A stretch of 64,000 bases of DNA from positions 64,001 to 128,000 of IMG/VR virus record IMGVR_UViG_3300020404_001578, one strand, 5' to 3'. A program made the position numbers and the translations under genes. Below the pieces are notes generated by a model. The model searched no databases. It was not told the origin of the DNA and saw only the letters and a list, made by a program, of their open reading frames with translations. The DNA is from a virus. Below are positions 19,282 through 29,000 of the stretch, piece after piece (position 1 is the first letter of the stretch; each line of letters opens with the position of its first letter).

Positions 19282-19488
19282 ATGGGGGACAAGCCAAAGA
19301 AGGTTCCAGTAACCATTAGGTTTGACCCAGAACTGTTATTGTTGTTACGTGAAGAAGCCGATAAACGGGGTGAATCCCTTAGTAACTATATTCGTAGTAG
19401 TAGTGTAATGAGATTAACTGGTGAGTTAGTCCCTGTTAGTAAAGACTCTAGTAAAGAGGCTTATCTTAGGTCTAAGGGATATAGGTGA
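19282..19488 (+). CDS. Ribbon-helix-helix (CopG/Arc-like) regulator
   Basis: KVPVTIRFDPELLLLLREEADKRGESLSNYIR is an RHH pattern. Confidence 0.85.
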   Translation: MGDKPKKVPVTIRFDPELLLLLREEADKRGESLSNYIRSSSVMRLTGELVPVSKDSSKEAYLRSKGYR

Positions 19489-19718
19489 AATATTCATTGG
19501 CTATGCCAGAGGAATACCATTTACCAATGAATATTTCACAAAACATAGGTTTTCTTAAATACAAGTTTGTCTTACGACTAACTGGTATGGAACCTACCTT
19601 AGAACGTACTACGGTGTGTAGTTGCGGAAGTACCGAGTTTATTGAAATCAGCGATACTGGTTCAATAAAGATAGCCTTCTGCATACACTGCGGAGTACAG
19701 ACTGTTTACTTTGGATGA
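19485..19718 (+). CDS. Zn-ribbon protein
   Basis: CSCGS...CIHCG. Confidence 0.65.
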   Translation: MKYSLAMPEEYHLPMNISQNIGFLKYKFVLRLTGMEPTLERTTVCSCGSTEFIEISDTGSIKIAFCIHCGVQTVYFG

Positions 19719-19719
19719 G

Positions 19720-19749
19720 TTAGTTAGATTGTTTTACCAGTCTAACTAA
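19720..19749. terminator. Inverted repeat between convergent genes
   Basis: TTAGTTAGAtt...agTCTAACTAA right after the stop of the + strand operon. Confidence 0.5.
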
Positions 19750-19813
19750 TCAAACAGGCGTAGCCTTCGCTCCCTAATCAGTGCAACTACACTAGTACCT
19801 ACAATGCTTACGG

Positions 19814-19855
19814 CCCAGATAGAGGGGCGATGCCTAAGCACCGCCCCTCATAGGG
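19814..19855 (-). terminator. GC-rich hairpin downstream of the protamine-like gene
   Basis: GAGGGGCG-a-TGC-ctaa-GCA-c-CGCCCCTC. Confidence 0.55.
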
Positions 19856-19881
19856 ACACTACCAGAGGTTCGCTTCTACAA

Positions 19882-20943
19882 TCAGTAGAAGTTCATCTCA
19901 CGGCTGCCACCGAACATTGCGTTCATGTTGGCATCACCATGGTATGTACCGTAGGTCATTGCTGCTCCAAAGGAGCCACCTTCTAGTGGGTCGTCCATCA
20001 TGTCACCATGCATGGCATTGTGTGCGCCAAGGTAGCCGATTGGGGCATATCCTAGGCCAAGTGCGCCACGGACTCTGTCAAAGACTCCCTTATCGTTTGC
20101 AAGTTTGAATACTTGGAAAGCGATACCACCGAGGGCGATAGCACTTGCAGTACCCATGTTAGCAAGTTTCATGGAGTATAGACCGAATCCGACTAGGCTT
20201 GCAACAGCAGCACCGGAAAGGTACGGGGTGTAGGTTCCGCTAGTCATCCAAGATGCGTTCAGACCAAGTTTAGCAAGTCCGGATTGGACAAGGCTTGGTA
20301 GGTAAGCACCTGCAGCCATACCACCAACAGTAGCGAGGATAGCCTCAAATGCTGTCATGTGGTTCTTGACCCAGTTGAATGCGTTGCCTAGGCTCATCTT
20401 GCGTCCACGGCCAGATGCTTTGCGGCTGCGAGTGGTGCGGCGGCGGCGTGTGGTACGTGGTCTGCGGGATGCGCTACGGCGGCGGACTGTACGGCGACGG
20501 CGAGCAGGGCTGCGTCGGCGGCGAGTTGTTTTACGGCGACGTGCAGGGCTGCGGCGTCTGCGTGTGGTCTTGCGACGACGTGCAGGGCTGCGGCGACGGC
20601 GAGTAGTCTTCCTGCGGCGTGCAGGTGACTTGCGTCGGCGTGTCGTCTTGCGACGACGGGTTGTCTTACGACGAGCAGGCGACTTGCGTCGGCGTGTCGT
20701 CTTGCGTCGGCGGACAGTGCGTCTGCGAGCAGGGCTCTTACGACGCTTGGTTGTCTTACGACGACGTGTGGTCTTGCGTCGTGCAGGTGATTTGCGACGA
20801 CGGGTTGTTGTCTTTCTTCTAGTTGTTCTTCTTCGTGCCATTGTATTACCTCTGGTTGATTTTTTGGACTTTGCTTTGGTTCTACGTCGGGACGCCTTCT
20901 TTTTACGAGGTGGGTTCACTAGCATAACTTCTGCAAGGGCCAT
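19882..20943 (-). CDS. Arg-rich protamine-like DNA-condensing protein with C-terminal TM helices
   Basis: Repeated RRR(K/R)SPARR(R)KTT units, then hydrophobic helices. Likely leaderless start MALAEVMLVNPP at 20943 with TTTTATAT about 26 nt upstream. Confidence 0.8.
   Translation of the reverse strand: MALAEVMLVNPPRKKKASRRRTKAKSKKSTRGNTMARRRTTRRKTTTRRRKSPARRKTTRRRKTTKRRKSPARRRTVRRRKTTRRRKSPARRKTTRRRKTTRRRKSPARRRKTTRRRRSPARRRKTTRRRRSPARRRKTTRRRRSPARRRRTVRRRSASRRPRTTRRRRTTRSRKASGRGRKMSLGNAFNWVKNHMTAFEAILATVGGMAAGAYLPSLVQSGLAKLGLNASWMTSGTYTPYLSGAAVASLVGFGLYSMKLANMGTASAIALGGIAFQVFKLANDKGVFDRVRGALGLGYAPIGYLGAHNAMHGDMMDDPLEGGSFGAAMTYGTYHGDANMNAMFGGSREMNFY
20410..20835 (-). repeat. Coding tandem repeats (RRRKSPARRKTT)
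   Basis: Seven SPARR units in a locally GC-rich region. Confidence 0.85.
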
Positions 20944-21048
20944 GGTCTTCCGACTACCCACTTAGATATAAAAGGTCATACTTTAGTATGCTATAGTATA
21001 CGATACTTACAAGTTATTATTAGCAAGAACCCTATTAACGAGGATGTT

Positions 21049-21294
21049 GTGGGAATATCAATGTCCCGGCGACGACATGAGCAAGATAAGTCTAAGAAAG
21101 TCGCTATTTCAGTTACGTTAGACAAAGAACTGTTTGACTTTATTGAGCATGGGATACGTATGCGGTGGTGGCTAAACCGTAGTCAAGCAATCAATATGAT
21201 GGGATTTGCTTTCATACGAAGTCAGCAAAGTATGCAGCAAGGGTCACAGCCAACTTCTCATATTCCTCCGAACTTTGGTCGTTTACCTCCATAA
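21049..21294 (+). CDS. Ribbon-helix-helix regulator
   Basis: KVAISVTLDKELFDFIE...NRSQAIN. Confidence 0.75.
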   Translation: MGISMSRRRHEQDKSKKVAISVTLDKELFDFIEHGIRMRWWLNRSQAINMMGFAFIRSQQSMQQGSQPTSHIPPNFGRLPP

Positions 21295-21793
21295 GTATGG
21301 AAGGAACATCAAACAGTACTGATGCAGTAGTAGTAAGGAATGCTCCTTCTACACTACTATCAAAGATACCAATATCAAAATCCTTCTCAACTTTCTCTAC
21401 TAGATTCCTTAGTACTATGGGGTGAGTTACTGAATCTATTTCTAGAAATACTGCGGTATGTACTGACCATGCTCTCAAATCATCTCCCATACTAGTTAGT
21501 GCATCTTCTTCTGATGCATCTTCTTCTACGAATGGAAATGAATGTACATCTAAATGAAATGCTGCCGTATCTAGCAACTCGCAAAAGTCCATGTAATATT
21601 CACCACCATAGGACTCTTTTCTGTTAAGGTCTACAAGTTCTCTATGGGAATCACCTAGTAATACTTCATAATTGATATTTCTATTACGCATAGCCTGTTC
21701 TAAGTATGGCAAGAAACTTACTGCTCCTATGTCATAGTTAGTTGAATTGTTTGACTTTCCATGAGGCACAGTAATGAGTATCAAATGTCCCAC
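21212..21793 (-). CDS. Zn-carboxypeptidase-fold / N-formylglutamate amidohydrolase-like protein
   Basis: ITVPHG, DLNR, LDVHSF and LMEVN motifs. Confidence 0.6.
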   Translation of the reverse strand: MGHLILITVPHGKSNNSTNYDIGAVSFLPYLEQAMRNRNINYEVLLGDSHRELVDLNRKESYGGEYYMDFCELLDTAAFHLDVHSFPFVEEDASEEDALTSMGDDLRAWSVHTAVFLEIDSVTHPIVLRNLVEKVEKDFDIGIFDSSVEGAFLTTTASVLFDVPSILMEVNDQSSEEYEKLAVTLAAYFADFV

Positions 21794-22566
21794 CTCTTTA
21801 ATCCGAAGTGTTCTACTGTTTTGAGGCTACTGATTGGTTTGGGATTACCCTTTCTTGTTTTGGTTGTTGTTGGTTTGCTAATGGTGGAAGAGTTGGATGA
21901 TGTGGATATGGGTTCTCGTATGCGCCATTTGCCGTTACCTGTCGTATAGTAAAACCAGTACTTATTGTCTGAATCTAAAAAGAACTCCCTCTTGTCTATG
22001 TAGTGGTCTAAGTTTCTAGTCTTGAGGTATTCTGGCCTATCGTCTGTCTTGAAGATAATCTTGTTTTCAGATTGACTCCAACAGGTTTCATTGAGAAGTT
22101 GGATTCTTTGAGTGATTGCGATTCCTACTACGCCTATACCTGCACCAACAGTCCAGATTGTTTCTACGCCATCGTTAGTACCCTTCTTGACCATGAGTTG
22201 AATCTCATCAATTGCTACTACACGTTTGATGCGTTTGAAGCCGTCCTTGTTAGACATAGTAAACAGAAACTCTGTAATCCTGTTCAATTCGTTTACCCTG
22301 TCCTCTTTCTTTGGACTAGGTCTGTATACTATAGCAGGATTCTTTTTGAGAAGTTGATGGTAAAATTGTAGTGGTGTATTACAGATAGTACCTAACGACG
22401 CATAATCGTCGTCATGCTTCGGGTCAAAAAATATAGTGTGATAATTTTGGTCTTGTAGTTGTTGTAGTACGTGCTTGGTGAAGAATGTCTTACCAGACCT
22501 AGTCATTCCCACAATAACAGAATGACGCTTTCCCATGTTGTCTAAGAATGTACCACTTAGTTTCAT
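21781..22566 (-). CDS. FtsK/HerA-superfamily genome-packaging ATPase (A32/P9-like)
   Basis: Walker A GMTRSGKT, FFDPK, Walker B VVAIDE and ITQR...SQS; single-domain size of 261 aa. Confidence 0.8.
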   Translation of the reverse strand: MKLSGTFLDNMGKRHSVIVGMTRSGKTFFTKHVLQQLQDQNYHTIFFDPKHDDDYASLGTICNTPLQFYHQLLKKNPAIVYRPSPKKEDRVNELNRITEFLFTMSNKDGFKRIKRVVAIDEIQLMVKKGTNDGVETIWTVGAGIGVVGIAITQRIQLLNETCWSQSENKIIFKTDDRPEYLKTRNLDHYIDKREFFLDSDNKYWFYYTTGNGKWRIREPISTSSNSSTISKPTTTKTRKGNPKPISSLKTVEHFGLKRWDI

Positions 22567-23054
22567 CAGCCCATCAACCCGTACGCTATCAGCCCGAGTG
22601 CTAACATCCCCGGTAATGCACGGTTTCTTTCGGCTGGAACAAGTACCTTTTCATAATACTCTCTGAAATTCTCTTCAAACTTATCTCCTATGTCATCTGG
22701 GTCCCTGATACGCAGTGAGTCAATCGGGTTCATCAAATGGGGGATGCCGTCTGGAACATGGCCGTGTCCTAGGATGTGTCCATACTCATGCGCCAGAAGC
22801 GAGTAATCTGTTTCAGCACCCTTGATAACGTAGATTTCCTTGGCCTTTTCAATTGCAAGACCTCTTGGGTAGTATCCAATCTTGGTGTGTTCGTAAATCC
22901 ATTTGAAACTGGGTTGCATATACCATTCGCTAATGTTATGCTTCTTGTGTATGTATTCTATGTGCGCTTTCCAAACGCTAGGCTCTACAGTGTATATTCT
23001 AGTACCATCTTTACCTGTTACTAGATGTTTTGATTGTCTAGGTCGTAAGTCCAT
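22566..23054 (-). CDS. Zincin metalloprotease with C-terminal membrane anchor
   Basis: AHEYGHILGHGH (HExxHxxGxxH), Met-turn HLMNP, C-terminal TM. Confidence 0.8.
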   Translation of the reverse strand: MDLRPRQSKHLVTGKDGTRIYTVEPSVWKAHIEYIHKKHNISEWYMQPSFKWIYEHTKIGYYPRGLAIEKAKEIYVIKGAETDYSLLAHEYGHILGHGHVPDGIPHLMNPIDSLRIRDPDDIGDKFEENFREYYEKVLVPAERNRALPGMLALGLIAYGLMG

Positions 23055-23058
23055 GTTA

Positions 23059-26000
23059 TCACCTCAATTCTGGGCTACCGTATGGTATGAAGGTTGTTCC
23101 TATCCTCTTGAGTTCTTTGTATGTGTTTGGTACACGCTTTGATTTTAGTACAGGCATTGATGCTTCAATGATGTATTCCATTTCTGGTAGTCTTGGGTGT
23201 TGATGGAATCCGTTTGCCTTGATTTCATAGATGTAAGATGGTTCCTTTAGTAATTCAAATGCGCCTTCGTATACTTCGGCTATCATAAACTGACCGTTGA
23301 TATAACCAATTTCTAAGTCGTCATTAGTAGAATCAATTGCCATAGCAAGCGCATACTCATAGTTAGGTGTAGCAAATACTACTTCCCTGCCGACTAAATG
23401 GTTGTAGTTTTGTTGTAATCTGTTGATGTTGGGTACAGATGAACCATGGTACATGACCTTCCTTCCTATTGGGTTTTGCTTTATGGTAAGAATCAATTCA
23501 ATTCCAGAAGCATCCATCCACTCTCTGTACTCCTTAGTATCAGTAATTTGTCCGGATTCAAAGTCAATGCTATCCCACCACTTTACTATGTTCTCAATCT
23601 GAGAAGGCTTCACACTTCCTTTGTGATAGTAAGCAATATTACTGTCGGCTTTCATTCCTTGAGATAGTGGATGATTAATCTTTAACAATGCAATATCTTT
23701 CATTGGTGTTTCCTTTACCTTCTCGTACAAAGCAGGAAGAATCTTTCCTTTCCAATTAGGGAACGGATAAATCAACGGCACAACTCCATCTTGGGCTTTG
23801 ATACCTTCTTTCAGTATACCCTTGACTTCTGTTTGAGGTACGAATGCTAGACCAAATGGTGGTATGGCTAACTCTGGATTTTTCTTTACTGTTGGGCTCA
23901 TTAGTACAGGAACCTTACCGTACTTACGCTTCTCTGTCATTCCTACCCATGGTACATCGGCACACTTAGGCATATTTGCAATGCCGTTCTTTCTTGCCCA
24001 TCGCCAAGGGTCATGTCCCCATACCCATAGTGATAGTAGTTTACGGGATGGTTTATTCTGGGTCTTTTGTTTCTTGACTAGTGGGCCTCTTCTATACTCG
24101 GCGGCTTTATTGTACGGATATGCGGCTGCTCTACCATTGAATCTATTTTGTCGTAGCATCCAACCCCAGTCAGTAGTATCTTCCTTGATTGGTACTGAAC
24201 TGTCAAGTCCTGTCCATTTTTCTAGTGCAAGTTCGTAGTATCTCTTTGTAGTCTGAGGTCCGGGTTTGATGTAGTCTTTTGGTCCAGTAAGTCCTAGTTT
24301 CTTACGCATACGAATAATCCTGCGCAAACTATCTTGTCCGCTAAAGATTCCCTGCTCTCCTGCTTCTTCTGGTGTTAATCCTGCTACGTCAAACCAGTCT
24401 GATTCCATGAAGGCTTTGATTTCTTTATTCTTCATGTTCACTTGGTCTACCCACTGTCTGAACTCTTCTAACGTAGGTTTGTTGCCCTTTCGTGGGTTTG
24501 CCTTGATTAACCCCGCATCAATTGCTAACTGATAGTCTGGCATTTTCTTGTTGCCTTTCTTGACTGTGTTTCCTAATGTGACGAATGAGTAAACTCTTCC
24601 TGCAGCCCATTGGTGTTGTTGAACGCCGGGTCGGTGTCCTCCTCTCCATGCTGCAAGACCTTTATTGTAGACCTTCTGTAAGATTGACTTCTTGATGCCT
24701 GTTGCCTTAGCAATCTTGGTTAAGAATTTGCCTCCTTTAGGAAGTGGCCCGTACATTTGGATGAACTTCCTCTTGTACTTACTAGGTACAGTCTTGTAGC
24801 CTCTTGCTGTTGCTTTAATGTCTGACTTCCAGTATTCGTATGCCTTAGGGTCGTTAATGTCGTACTTGTACCCCTTGTCAATTTCTTTTGCTGCAATAAG
24901 CATCTCTTCTTTGTTTAGACCTTTGAGATATCGCTTAGGTATCTTTCTACCTTCTGGGGTTTTACTTGGATTTCGTTTTAGTTTCAAGCCACCTTTGCTA
25001 ATACTCTTGTATAGTAAGTCCTTGAGTTCATCTGGTGTACCGCCGTTTCTTTCAAACGCCATCAGTAGTACGATTATTGCGTCAGTGATTTCTCCTTCCA
25101 CTCCATCTTTACCGGGTTCTTTGTAAGGCTTGAATCCCTCTTTGATTAAGACTTCTTCAGCGATTTCACCAGACTCTTCCATCAGTTTGATTAATCGGTT
25201 AAACAAGGTGTACTGCCTATCTTCACTTATTTCAAAAACAACCGGAATTAGTTCTTCAAAGGTTAGGGGTGGATTCTTTTTCTCAATTAACTCAGCAATG
25301 TGTTCATTACCTACTACTCTTACCTTACGACCTTTGTATTGGAACTTAACTGAGTCTAGTGCATCTCTTTTTGGACCTGCTCGCAACTTGTTTTTATCTT
25401 TCTCAAGTTTAGCGGCGTTGCTTTTCTTAAGGAAGTCTAAGTCTTTGTCTTTGTTTTCATCCATGTAAATTTGCCAGAAAGGTCCGTAGTAGTGAGCCAG
25501 TGCATCAGCAGTAGACATTACTGCCCCATACATTGTGGTTTGTCCGTTCCAATCTGGGGACTTGATTCTTTCCATATCATCAATGTACTGTACTAACTCA
25601 TCAGCGTAGGCTTTGCCTTTGTGTTTAGAAACTAGATTTCTGACGAGTTCAAAGTTATCCTTATCGCCTAGCATCTTTGGGTAGTCGTGCATCCAAACCA
25701 TGTCATTGAATACTTCCATTTCATCGGTCCCGGCATTTGGTTTAAGCGAGTGAACAATGGCCTTGACATAATCAAGATGATGTTCAATATACCATTCATG
25801 GTGTTTGAATGATGGGTCAGTTGCTGCTCTACGTGCTTCTGTCTCAACAGGGCAATGGTGCGGGTTGTTTGCTGCCAAAAATTCATCAAATGAATATCTT
25901 CTTTCTACCGACCCACTTGCAAGTCCTTGTCCAATATTGAGAGCAATTTGCATAATACGTTCTGGTGTTGGTTGTTTAGTTAATGGTATACGCTTTAGTT

Positions 26001-29000
26001 GATTCAAGAAGTGTATTGGTAATACATCACCATTTTCGTCAAACTCTTTTGATTTATCGCTAGGGTCAAAGTCTGGGTCTTTGATTGGATGTAGCCATGT
26101 GTAGTTAAGTGGTTCAGTTCCATAGCGTTCTTCAATTTGAGGAATCTGTTCATTCCACCAAACCCTGCCATTGAATGTAGGGTCTTCGCCTGTAATTTCT
26201 TTCGTGCGTGCCAAGTATGCTCTATTAATCATGGCTTCAAAATCTGATTGAATGCTGTAAGATGCATTACGCTTTAGCCTAGGTTTGTTTAACATCTTGG
26301 ATAACTTCTCAATCCATACTTGGTCTTTTTCTCTGTTGAGCATTTTGTAGAATGCTAATATTGCAGAAAGGGACTGATATCGTACTCCCTCTTTGACTTC
26401 ATAATCTAACATCTCCGCAGTAAAGTCTGGTCCACCACCTATATCTAATTCAAGTCCATTGACATATCCTTCTGAAATATCTGGCTTGCCGGGGATGATT
26501 GCATCTACATCATTCATTATCGGTTTGAGTCCGTGCATATACAATGCTGCGCCTGCAATCAACATCGCTTTGTTGGCGTCAAGGCCTTGTTGTTCTCCAA
26601 ATATATCTAACGCTTCTCTTATTTCTGTAGCAGTTGGCGTTAGGTTTTCAGATGGATTCCTCTTTGCTTTCTTTAGTTTGATTGCATCGCCAGTAACAAT
26701 AATTACCGCAGGAATTGTTTTGTTGAATTCTACAATAGGAAGACCTAGGCTTCCTCCGGTTTCCACTGTAAAGTTCATTACACCATTACCGCCTCTTCGC
26801 TTTGTTTCTTCTGTTAGTTCATCAATAGCAAATGCAATAGCAAGTGCTGTACGCTTATCTGTTTTCTTTTCGTAGTCTTCTACTAGTCCTAGGAAAATGT
26901 CCTTTACGTTTCCTACTAGTTCTTTTGGAATGTTTCTGTCTACTTCAATCTCAGCCGATACTGCGCCTAAGTTAGTATGCTTCATCGTAGGTACAGTGGT
27001 AAAGAATTGCATACCTTCAATGTTAAATTGGGGATTACGCCTTGCTTTTGTTTTCTTCTTCATTTCTTCAATGAAGTTGGCGTACACTTTCTGGGCGGCC
27101 TTGATTCCCGATGTTGCATTAGGATGGAACCTAGCACGTTGCTCCATTGCCATGGCTGCTTGAATCTTATGTGCATGAGTCTTACCAGAACGCTTGATGA
27201 TGTTTACTGAGCGTTCAGCAGTTTCTTTGTCTTTGAATCCTAACCCTTGAATGGTTCCTCTTGGGTCTTCATCGGTGTATAGGTCTGAATGTTCGCTTGG
27301 GTCTTGCCCCTCATATTTCTTTGGAATACGTGGATTTACTCTGTACCTCGGACCTCTTTCTCTAGGTTTGATTTTTACTGATTTGACTACGGTATCGGGT
27401 TCTCCGTGGCTCTTTGAATTATTATCAAAGTCAGTGATTTCTCCACCTGTTACTAGTTTGGCACTCTCCCAATCTACTTCTGCTCTACCTCTTACCATGA
27501 CGTGTGCCGATGGTTCACGAAAGTTAAATGGCGCACTGTTAAGGTATACTACCCCGTCAATCTCTACCCTTTCAACATATATTGAATCAAACCCTTGTGA
27601 ATCTCTAGAATATTGTATAATCTTTCTGTCGCCCCACTTTGCAATGTTAAAGTAGTGAAGTCCTCCTGCAAAGCGTTCACGTCCTTTTGGTATAGGTGTT
27701 GGGTCCCCAACCACGTAAACATCTTTGTTGGTATCTAGTGTTGCCCCATCAAACGATTTGCCTGTGATATCCTCGTCCGTATCAGCATTGTAGAAATGGC
27801 TTGTACCATCTTCGGTCTTATCCCTGCGGACTACTTTGATTGGAGGGTTCAATTTGGATATGGGAACTGTTTGAGAAATCAAGTCCGCCGACTTTAGCCA
27901 AGGGTATTTGTTCACTGCTTCACCGGGAAAGAAGTTGGAGTTGTTTAGAACCATGGCGGCATTCATATAATCGTCGTCATCAACAGGAATCACAGTATCA
28001 AACTGCGAAGCCTTGCGCTTTTGATGGTATGCAAACTTAGATGCAGCCTTTGCTTGGCGTGGAGTAATACCACTTCTTGATGATAGTTTCATTTCGTGTT
28101 GTTGTGGTGATTGGTTGTTTTGTAGGTAAACAATGTGTAGGTGTGGAAGACTGTCTTTCATTCGTAGTGCCATCGTAGGTGAAGTGTACATTACTGTCTT
28201 TGGTGCCTGTAGTTGTTCCTTAGTATATCCATAACAATGTCCTTTCTCGTCCATAGTCCAATAGGGCATTTGGTCGGCTTTGACTAATTGCATGAATGAT
28301 TCTTTATCGTGGTCTACAGAATCTCGGTTAGGTACACGCCCTACGGGTGAAGGTTGCGTGGTGTGCATCGGACATATCTGGTATCCGTGTCGTCCTAATT
28401 CTTTGGCGACTTCACGGCGACCGCTTCCCATTGGGCCTGCAATTACTATCGTGGATTGGCTCGGTTGTTGGACAACACCACGAACGTCCTTTTTGCAGTG
28501 TTTTGGATTAATCATCGGTTGCACAGGGAAACTTACGTTTGCTGCAGGTAAAACATCTGCTTCGGGTGATTCTGTTGTTTCGTTATCCGACGTCGTGTCC
28601 GACGACGGTTCCAATAACTCGTCACTTTTCACATCGTAAACTTGAGCGAGAACTTGACCCACACGGCTGTAAACTTCTGATGCTGCGCTGACTCCGTAAT
28701 CTTCTCTTGAAGGAATACCTAGAATGTTTAATTTTGCAGGGTATGCAAAACCAAGTGTGGCTGTGGCAATATACCCGTCCTTTAACGGCATTCGTATGTA
28801 TATTCCTTGTCCATATGACATACGGAAATTGCTACCAAACTTACCATCATTCCCGACTATTTTACGTGGGTCGTAATCTTCAAACAACATTTCAGCCGTG
28901 TCTGGGTCAATGGCAATCTCATATGATGCGCCATATTGAACATTGTAGGGCATTTTGGGTGGAGGGTTAGGAATTACATTATGTTGTAAAATATGCTCAA

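Noticed and set aside
20410-20835. Repeat region as a CRISPR array
   Set aside because: Repeats are degenerate, in-frame and coding, with no unique spacers and no cas genes.
20357-20965. 202-aa Arg-rich ORF on the + strand
   Set aside because: Antisense shadow of the repetitive protamine-like gene.
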